Shown here: positions 43,494 through 50,616 of the stretch, one piece after another
How the letters are laid out: each line of letters begins with the position of its first letter
Numbering within the stretch: the stretch's first letter is position 1
NCBI GenBank assembly: GCA_023475345.1
Contig: JAMCWD010000031.1
Span: forward strand, 1,585 to 65,584
DNA from: Chloroflexota bacterium
Lineage (GTDB): Bacteria > Vulcanimicrobiota > JAMCWD01
Direction of reading: 5' to 3'
Length of the DNA: 64,000 nucleotides
Program-made: the position numbers and the translations under genes
Notes under the pieces: generated by a model
What the model saw: only the letters and a program-made list of their open reading frames with translations
Database searches by the model: none
What the model was told of the DNA's origin: nothing

Positions 43494-44450
43494 ATGGCAA
43501 AAAAAAGAAAAAAGAAAAAAAGCACAACTCCCGGCAAGCTGCTGAAAAAACTCGCCGGTCTTGAAAAGCAGCGGACGCCGTCCCCTTCCGCGGAAATTAT
43601 AACGGAAGAGATAAAATACCCTCCATCTGAAGAACCCGTTGCGTATATAGAAACCAATATCGGTCTTCACCGCAAGACCAACCAGGACGCATGCCTTGTA
43701 ATGAGCATAGATTTTATGGAGTGTAACAGGTCAGGCAGGGCATATCTTATGGTGGTCGCCGACGGGATGGGAGGGGAAGCCGAAGGCGACAAAGCAAGCA
43801 TCCTGGCCGTACACAACCTTGCAGACACCGTGGTTAAATCCATGATGCCGGTATCGTTGTACGAGACACAGGACCTCCTGCCGGATGAAAAAGAAGAAGC
43901 ATTGCGGCAGATCCTGCTCCAGGGCTTCCAGGAAGCCCACCTGGCCATCAGGGAATATGCACAGGAAGATGAGGAAAGGCAGGGGATGGGCACGACCATG
44001 ACCGCGGCGCTTGTTTCAGGGACGGTGATGGCGTTCGCGCATGTCGGCGACAGCCGGGCATACCTGCTTGATGATAACGTAAGAGTACTCACGAAAGACC
44101 ACTCCCTTGCGGCCGAACTCATAGCTTCGGGGCAGTTGAGCAAGGAAAACGCGCACAACCTTCCCCACCGTCACATGCTGACAAGGGCTTTAGGCTCGGG
44201 TGAAATCCCTGAAATAGACACCGGTATCGTAGAGCTTGAAGAAGGCGTGCGTCTTCTTTTATGCTCCGACGGCTTATGGGATTATTTTGACGATGAGGAA
44301 CTGCTTACAATATCCGGGGAGATCCCGGATGAGAAAACCCTCGGGCACCGCCTTATTGAACTGGCCCTTGAACGCGGGGGCAAGGATAATTGTACCCTGG
44401 TGATTACGCGCTTCAGGCTGCCGGATAATGAAAAGGAGGTTGAAGAATGA
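43494..44450 (+). CDS. PP2C-family Ser/Thr protein phosphatase with a Lys-rich N-terminal extension
   Basis: NQDACLV, VADGMGGEAEG, GMGTTMTAALV, GDSRAYLL, LCSDGLWD and GGKDNCTLVI. The N-terminus MAKKRKKKKST is encoded by A8-G-A6-G-A7. Confidence 0.9.
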   Translation: MAKKRKKKKSTTPGKLLKKLAGLEKQRTPSPSAEIITEEIKYPPSEEPVAYIETNIGLHRKTNQDACLVMSIDFMECNRSGRAYLMVVADGMGGEAEGDKASILAVHNLADTVVKSMMPVSLYETQDLLPDEKEEALRQILLQGFQEAHLAIREYAQEDEERQGMGTTMTAALVSGTVMAFAHVGDSRAYLLDDNVRVLTKDHSLAAELIASGQLSKENAHNLPHRHMLTRALGSGEIPEIDTGIVELEEGVRLLLCSDGLWDYFDDEELLTISGEIPDEKTLGHRLIELALERGGKDNCTLVITRFRLPDNEKEVEE

Positions 44451-45130
44451 TCTGTCCTGATTGTAGTGCCGAAAATCCCGAAACCAGCGTATATTGCGAT
44501 GACTGCGGGGCTGTGCTTCAGCCTGACCGGGTTATTCCCGATGAGGAGGAACGGGATTCTTCCGAGCCGTTTGAGGAAGAAATCCCTTCTCTCATTGATG
44601 AAGGCGAAGAAGAATTCCAGGCTCCTGAAGGCGAGGAACCCTGTGAGGAGAAAGAGCCGGGAGATCTTGAGGGCAAAGGACAGCCCGTAGAGATCGAAGT
44701 GCCTGTAAAGATCGAAGCATCTGAAGAAATCGAAGAAGAGATTATAGAAGAAGATGTGGAAGAGGTGGGTCGCCCGGAGGTGTTGGAGAGAGACACAATC
44801 GGCTCTGAAGTGGTTCCTTATTTCCTGTCGGTGAAAACCGGCGGCAGGTATGAGCTTGCCGAACTACCGGCCCTGGTCGGGAGGAAAAGCCCTGCGGAAG
44901 CAATCGTGCCTGTAGTCGATCTGACAGGTGAGGATCCGGAGAATTACGTGTCCCGCAAGCACGGCCAGGTTACCGAAGAAAACGGCGAATATTTTTACGA
45001 GGATCTGAAAAGCAGCAACGGGAGCCTTATAAATAATACTTTCATAGAAGCGGGCGAGCTTCATCCCCTGAAGGACGGGGACCTCATCCGTATAGGCCGT
45101 ACCGAGCTTTTGTTCCGCACCCGTGCTTAA
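44447..45130 (+). CDS. Zinc-ribbon / acidic linker / FHA-domain protein
   Basis: MICPDCSAENPETSVYCDDCG ribbon, a Glu-rich spacer, and a C-terminal FHA domain (LVGRKS…VSRKHGQV…SSNGSLINN…GDLIRIGRTELLF). The ATG overlaps the PP2C stop (ATGA). Confidence 0.9.
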   Translation: MICPDCSAENPETSVYCDDCGAVLQPDRVIPDEEERDSSEPFEEEIPSLIDEGEEEFQAPEGEEPCEEKEPGDLEGKGQPVEIEVPVKIEASEEIEEEIIEEDVEEVGRPEVLERDTIGSEVVPYFLSVKTGGRYELAELPALVGRKSPAEAIVPVVDLTGEDPENYVSRKHGQVTEENGEYFYEDLKSSNGSLINNTFIEAGELHPLKDGDLIRIGRTELLFRTRA

Positions 45131-45136
45131 TTGCTT

Positions 45137-46246
45137 ATGAATCAGGATTCGAAAAAAACCGACGAGAGGCTGTATCTTCTTGCCCTTTCGATGATCCCGG
45201 AGATCAGGGCGGACCTCATCCGCCGCCTGCTTGATCATTTCGGCTCGCCCGGGGCCGCATGGAAAGCGGACAGGAAGAGGCTGGAAGCGGTGCAGGGTCT
45301 CGGGCCGACAACGGTAGAATACCTGGTTTCCAAAAGGTCTTCGATAGATCCTGTGCCCGTATGGGAAGAGATGGAGAAAATGGGGATCAGGATGCTGACG
45401 CCGGAAGATCCCGATTATCCCCCCGGCCTCAAATCAATATATGATCCCCCTGTAACTCTTTTCGTAAAGGGCGGCATTTTGCCGGAAGACTCGATGGCCA
45501 TAAGCATAGTGGGGTCAAGGAGAGCTTCGAATTACGGGTTGATGACCAGCAGGTGGCTGGCGGGGGAACTGGCGAGGGCCGGGCTTACCGTTATCAGCGG
45601 GATGGCGCGCGGCGTCGATTCTTATGCCCACCTGGGAGCGCTCGATGCCGGCGGCCGCACGCTGGCCGTCATGGGCTGCGGGCTTGATAAGATTTACCCG
45701 CCTGAAAACAGGAAGCTCAAGGAGAGGATCGAGGTGTCAGGTGCAAGCATTTCCGAATACCCGCCGGGGACTCCTCCCATGGCATGGCATTTTCCTGCCA
45801 GGAACAGGATCATAAGCGGGCTTTCGCTTGGCGTGATAATCACCGAGGCGGGGGAGAAGAGCGGCGCCCTTATCACCGCAGACCTCGCGCTCGAACAGGG
45901 GAAAGAAGTATTTGCAGTGCCCGGAAATATCAGGCAAAAAAATCATCGCGGCGCACACCGCCTGATAAAAGAAGGAGCCAAGCTTATCCAGGGGGTTGAA
46001 GACGTGCTGGAAGAACTCGGGATACCCCTTGTAAATGCGTCGGTTGACGGGAAAGACGGCAGACCTTCCATGGAACCCGACGAAGAAAAAATTTTCAAGT
46101 GCCTCGATTATGACGGGGTTCAGCTTGAATCGATTGTCGAGACGACAGGTCTTCCCGTCAGCCAAGTTTCCGCAATTTTGATGATGCTGGAAACCAGGAG
46201 GCTGGTCCAGCGGATGCCAGGAAACACTTACGTCAGGGCCGATTGA
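45137..46246 (+). CDS. dprA: DNA processing protein DprA (Smf)
   Basis: GSRRASNYG, VISGMARGVDSYAH and AVPGNI, with a C-terminal winged-helix-like tail. TTG 45131 is also possible as the start. Confidence 0.9.
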   Translation: MNQDSKKTDERLYLLALSMIPEIRADLIRRLLDHFGSPGAAWKADRKRLEAVQGLGPTTVEYLVSKRSSIDPVPVWEEMEKMGIRMLTPEDPDYPPGLKSIYDPPVTLFVKGGILPEDSMAISIVGSRRASNYGLMTSRWLAGELARAGLTVISGMARGVDSYAHLGALDAGGRTLAVMGCGLDKIYPPENRKLKERIEVSGASISEYPPGTPPMAWHFPARNRIISGLSLGVIITEAGEKSGALITADLALEQGKEVFAVPGNIRQKNHRGAHRLIKEGAKLIQGVEDVLEELGIPLVNASVDGKDGRPSMEPDEEKIFKCLDYDGVQLESIVETTGLPVSQVSAILMMLETRRLVQRMPGNTYVRAD

Positions 46247-46338
46247 ACCTCAATCATAAATTTGGTATAAATTACCGAAGTTTCGGGGATACGGGAAGGA
46301 ATCCTTAATTCCGCATCAAATAAGGGGGGAATTTGTCT

Positions 46339-46368
46339 TGTAATAAACCCGAGTGTAATAAATCCGAG
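46339..46368 (+). repeat. Tandem 15-nt direct repeat immediately upstream of the topA RBS
   Basis: TGTAATAAACCCGAG (46339-46353) and TGTAATAAATCCGAG (46354-46368) match at 14/15, followed by GGGGATAGTAA-ATG. Confidence 0.7.
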
Positions 46369-46379
46369 GGGGATAGTAA

Positions 46380-48644
46380 ATGAAACGCCTTATAATAGTG
46401 GAGTCGCCTGCAAAGGCCCGTACGATACAACGGTTCGTAGATAAGTCGTTCTCCGTCAAGGCCACGATGGGGCACGTGAGGGATCTGCCCAAAAGCAAGC
46501 TCGGGGTCGATATCGAAAATAATTTCCAGCCCGAGTACGTGAGGATCAAGGGCAAGCAGAAAGTGGTAAACGAGCTGAAGAAAGAGGCACAGACCTGTGA
46601 AAGCGTTTACCTCGCATCCGACCCCGACCGTGAAGGCGAAGCTATAGCCTGGCACCTTGCGGAGCTTATCGGAACGGATAACACTCACCGGATAGAGCTT
46701 CATGAAATTACGAAGAAAGCCGTTTTAAGCGCGCTTGACCATCCCGAGCCGATAAATATGAACATGGTCAATGCCCAGCAGGCCCGCCGCGTGCTCGACC
46801 GTCTTGTCGGCTACAAGCTCAGCCCTCTTCTCTGGAAAAAAGTTACCAGGGGGCTTTCCGCAGGCCGTGTCCAGTCGGTCGCCGTCAGGATTATATGCGA
46901 GAGGGAGCGCGAAATCCAGGCGTTCAAGCCTGAAGAATATTGGAAGCTGACATCGGTACTGGAAAAGAAAGATAAATCCGCCCAGGTAAAATCTCTTCTG
47001 ATAGAATATAGCGGGGAGAAAATCAAGCCCGGCAACGGGGAGGAGATGGATGTAATACTGTCCCGCCTGGAAGGCGGAGCCTGGAAAGTTGTAAACGTTG
47101 GGAGGAAAGAGCAGCAGAGGAAGCCACCCCCGCCTTTCATAACAAGCACATTACAGCAGGAAGCATCCAGGAGGCTTTATTTCCGTGTCTCCAGGACGAT
47201 GCAGATAGCCCAGCAGCTTTATGAGGGAGTCGATATCGGCAGCGAAGGCACGGTGGGCCTGATTACTTATATGAGAACCGATTCCACCCGGGTTTCCCAG
47301 GCGGCAAAGGCCGAGGCGCAAGAATTCGTGCGGCGGGAATTCGGCCCCGAAGCGGCAACAGAAGGACCGTTTGTCAAGAAACGCCCCAATGTCCAGGACG
47401 CGCATGAAGCCATACGTCCGACTTCCGTATTCAGAACGCCCGATGCCGTGAAGTCTTACCTGTCCTCGGAACAGTTCCGCCTTTACAAGCTTATATGGTC
47501 GCGTTTCGTAGCTGGCTATATGCAGCCTATCGTCATGGATATCGTTACCGCGGATATCGATTGTAACGATTACCGTTTCCGCGCCACGGGAAGCACCGTT
47601 AAATCCCCCGGTTTCACAGTCCTTTACGGGGATGTAAAAAACGGCAACAATAAAGATAACAACAATAAAGACGAGGAAGAAAAGAACACCATGCTCCCGC
47701 CGCTGGAAGCAGGCGAGCCTCTGGATCTTCTGGAACTCATACCGGAACAGCTGTTTACACAGCCCCCGCCGAGATATAACGAAGCAAGCCTTATCAAGAT
47801 CCTGGAAGAGAAGGGCATAGGCAGGCCGAGCACGTATGCGCCCATTGTCAGCACGATTCAAAAGAGAGAATACGTAGAGCTGAAAGAAAAGCGTTTTTAC
47901 CCGACGAAACTGGGCTTTATCGTAACCGAGATACTGGAAAAGCATTTCCCCGACATAGTCGATGTGGAATTTACCGCCCAGATGGAAGGGCTGCTCGACG
48001 GCGTTGAAGAAGGGAAAACCGAATGGACAGGGATAATCGGAGATTTTTATTTCCCGTTTGAAAAAGAACTTGCCAGGGCGGAGAACGAGGTTGTACGGGT
48101 TGAGATGGAGCCTGAAGTATCCGAGAAAGTATGCCCGAATTGCGGGCGCAATCTTGTAGTGCGCAAAAGCAGGTTCGGCAAATTCCTGGGATGCCCCGGC
48201 TTCCCCGATTGTAAGTTTACCATGCCGCTCCTTGAGGAGATAGGCTTGCCCTGCCCTAACGAGGGCTGTTCAGGCACTGTCGTGGTTAAGAATTCCAGGA
48301 GAGGGAAATTTTACGGTTGTAGCAGGTATCCTGAATGTGATTTCGTGTCATGGTACAGGCCCACCGATAAACGTTGTGAGAAATGCAGTTCGATAATGGT
48401 GCTGAAGTTCACTCGTGACGGGAAGGCTTACATGACCTGCAGCAACAGGAATTGCCCGGAGCCTCCTCCCCCGAAGGGCGAGAAGGCCGCCGCCAAAAAG
48501 ACAAAAAGCAAAGCCCCTGCGAAGAAATCGAAAAAGACGACCGGAAAGAAGACGACTGCCGGAAAAAAGAAAACGGCCGTAAAAAAAACCGGCACAAAAA
48601 AAGCGGCTAAAAAATCAAAACCGGCGGAAGAAACAGAAGGCTGA
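46380..48644 (+). CDS. topA: DNA topoisomerase I
   Basis: MKRLIIVESPAKARTIQRF, Toprim DPDREGEAIAWH, active-site region GLITYMRTDS, three C-terminal Cys4 ribbons, and a Lys/Ala-rich tail. Confidence 0.97.
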   Translation: MKRLIIVESPAKARTIQRFVDKSFSVKATMGHVRDLPKSKLGVDIENNFQPEYVRIKGKQKVVNELKKEAQTCESVYLASDPDREGEAIAWHLAELIGTDNTHRIELHEITKKAVLSALDHPEPINMNMVNAQQARRVLDRLVGYKLSPLLWKKVTRGLSAGRVQSVAVRIICEREREIQAFKPEEYWKLTSVLEKKDKSAQVKSLLIEYSGEKIKPGNGEEMDVILSRLEGGAWKVVNVGRKEQQRKPPPPFITSTLQQEASRRLYFRVSRTMQIAQQLYEGVDIGSEGTVGLITYMRTDSTRVSQAAKAEAQEFVRREFGPEAATEGPFVKKRPNVQDAHEAIRPTSVFRTPDAVKSYLSSEQFRLYKLIWSRFVAGYMQPIVMDIVTADIDCNDYRFRATGSTVKSPGFTVLYGDVKNGNNKDNNNKDEEEKNTMLPPLEAGEPLDLLELIPEQLFTQPPPRYNEASLIKILEEKGIGRPSTYAPIVSTIQKREYVELKEKRFYPTKLGFIVTEILEKHFPDIVDVEFTAQMEGLLDGVEEGKTEWTGIIGDFYFPFEKELARAENEVVRVEMEPEVSEKVCPNCGRNLVVRKSRFGKFLGCPGFPDCKFTMPLLEEIGLPCPNEGCSGTVVVKNSRRGKFYGCSRYPECDFVSWYRPTDKRCEKCSSIMVLKFTRDGKAYMTCSNRNCPEPPPPKGEKAAAKKTKSKAPAKKSKKTTGKKTTAGKKKTAVKKTGTKKAAKKSKPAEETEG

Positions 48645-48710
48645 AACTTGGCCGCGGCTTGAAAATACATTTGAACGACAGCGGGAAAGCGCCGCTGCCG
48701 AGGGCTTGAG

Positions 48711-50093
48711 ATGTCCGAAAGAGATCAATGCGTCCCATGTTCCGGGTTTCCATGTCCCGGCACGGTTACGGTTGTAGGCGCGGGACTTGCCGGCAGTGAG
48801 GCTGCATTTACCGCGGCAAAGTTGGGCTGCCATGTCGATTTATGGGAGATGCGCCCGGATGTTATGACCCCCGCACACCATACGGGAGACCCCGCGGAGC
48901 TTGTCTGCAGCAATTCCCTGGGGAACGACGATCCCCAAAAAGCGGCGGGCATTTTGAAGGCCGAATTAAGAAGGGTAGGGAGCCTGTTAATACAGGCGGC
49001 GGATGCTACAAGGGTCCCTGCCGGCCAGGCGCTTGCCGTTGACCGTAAAAAGTTTTCTCAACATGTCGGAAGGGAGCTTGAGGGCAACCCCCTTATTTCA
49101 TGGCATAAAGGCGAAGTTACGGATATAGATACGGGTAAACCTACAGTGCTTGCAACCGGCCCTTTGACGTCGAACCGGCTCGCGCAGAAAATCAGGGAGC
49201 TTATCGGGGACGACTTCCTTTACTTCTTCGATGCGGCAAGCCCTATAGTTACGGCCGAATCCCTCGATTTAGAAATAATTTATGCAGCAAGCAGGAGGAT
49301 GCCCGGCCGGGATGATTACCTCAACTGTCCTCTCGACAGGGACGAGTATCTCAGGTTCCGCGAGGAACTGATCAAAGCGGAGCCTGCACCGGTGAAGGAT
49401 TTCGAGCGGGGGCGGTTTTACGAGGGGTGCCTGCCCATAGAAGAGCTTGCGCTGAGAGGCGTCGATACGATGCGCTTCGGGCCCTTGAAGCCTGTCGGCC
49501 TGCCGGATCCACGGACAGGGCGCGAGCCTCACGCCGTGGTCCAGTTGAGGAGAGAGGACAGGGAAGGAAGCCTTTACAGCATGGTGGGGTTCCAGACCCG
49601 TTTGAAATGGGGCGAGCAGAAAAGGGTTTTCAGCATGATCCCGGGGCTTGGAGGAGCCGGGTTCGTGCGTTACGGGGTAATGCACCGCAATATTTATGTG
49701 AACGCACCGCTCTGCCTCAGGCCGACGCTTCAATTGAAGAAGTTCCCGAACGTCCTCCTTGCAGGCCAGGTAACCGGCGTTGAAGGATACGTGGAGTGTA
49801 TTGCCACAGGCTGGCTTGCGGGTCTTAACGCATCTCTTATCGGAAAAGGGATGGAGCCTCTGGAGCTTCCCACGGAGTGTGCGCTGGGAGCGCTGCCCGC
49901 ATCTATTACCGCCGGGAACCCGAAAAATTTTCAGCCTGTCAATATTAACCTGGGGCTTTTGCTGGCCGGGGTGGAAAAGGTAAAGGATAAAAGACGGAGA
50001 AATAAAGAGATCTCTCAAAGGTCAGCGGAAAGCCTGGAGAAATTCATCGCGGAGAACGGAAAATGCTTCATGCAACAACCATCCTGGCGGTAA
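48711..50093 (+). CDS. trmFO: Methylenetetrahydrofolate-dependent tRNA (m5U54) methyltransferase TrmFO (Gid)
   Basis: [14 protein letters not shown] dinucleotide fold, CSNSLG and [11 protein letters not shown]. Located after topA, as in Bacillus. Confidence 0.95.
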   Translation: MSERDQCVPCSGFPCPGTVTVVGAGLAGSEAAFTAAKLGCHVDLWEMRPDVMTPAHHTGDPAELVCSNSLGNDDPQKAAGILKAELRRVGSLLIQAADATRVPAGQALAVDRKKFSQHVGRELEGNPLISWHKGEVTDIDTGKPTVLATGPLTSNRLAQKIRELIGDDFLYFFDAASPIVTAESLDLEIIYAASRRMPGRDDYLNCPLDRDEYLRFREELIKAEPAPVKDFERGRFYEGCLPIEELALRGVDTMRFGPLKPVGLPDPRTGREPHAVVQLRREDREGSLYSMVGFQTRLKWGEQKRVFSMIPGLGGAGFVRYGVMHRNIYVNAPLCLRPTLQLKKFPNVLLAGQVTGVEGYVECIATGWLAGLNASLIGKGMEPLELPTECALGALPASITAGNPKNFQPVNINLGLLLAGVEKVKDKRRRNKEISQRSAESLEKFIAENGKCFMQQPSWR

Positions 50094-50590
50094 AACACAA
50101 AGGCCGGGTAGCAATGGCGGGCGACGGGCAGGTTACTTTCGACAAGACCATAGTCAAGCATACCGCCAAAAAGATCCGGCGGATGTTTCAGGGCAAGGTG
50201 CTGGGAGGATTTGCAGGCTCCGCCGCCGACGGCCTCACCCTTTATGAAAAGTTCGAGGCGAAGCTGGAGGAATACAGCGGCAACCTTGTACGCGCCGCGG
50301 TGGAACTTGCCAAGGACTGGAGGAGCGACAAGGTGCTGCGGAAGCTTGAAGCTATGATGGTAATTGCGGATGCCGACCATCTCTTCATCGTATCCGGCGC
50401 AGGGGATGTCATAGAGCCGGACGACGGCATAGCCGCAATAGGCAGCGGCGCTCCTTATGCCCAGGCGGCGGCAAAGGCGCTTACCCGTCATTCCGAACTT
50501 TCCGCAGAGGAGATCGTGGAAGAATCTTTGCATATCGCGGCTTCCATCTGTGTCTTTACAAATGATCATATCGAAAAAGAAATTGTTTGA
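50063..50590 (+). CDS. hslV: ATP-dependent protease subunit HslV (CodW/ClpQ type)
   Basis: [34 protein letters not shown] and GSGAPYA. The start overlaps the trmFO 3' end by 31 nt. Confidence 0.95.
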   Translation: MLHATTILAVKHKGRVAMAGDGQVTFDKTIVKHTAKKIRRMFQGKVLGGFAGSAADGLTLYEKFEAKLEEYSGNLVRAAVELAKDWRSDKVLRKLEAMMVIADADHLFIVSGAGDVIEPDDGIAAIGSGAPYAQAAAKALTRHSELSAEEIVEESLHIAASICVFTNDHIEKEIV

Positions 50591-50616
50591 ACGATACTTC
50601 CACATGGAGGTAGATA

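Noticed and set aside
50063-50093. The 31-nt overlap of trmFO and hslV as a sign of a frameshift or gene fusion
   Set aside because: Both reading frames are complete and their termini look native: the trmFO C-terminus and a CodW-like MLHATT N-terminus. The overlap is plausible as it stands.
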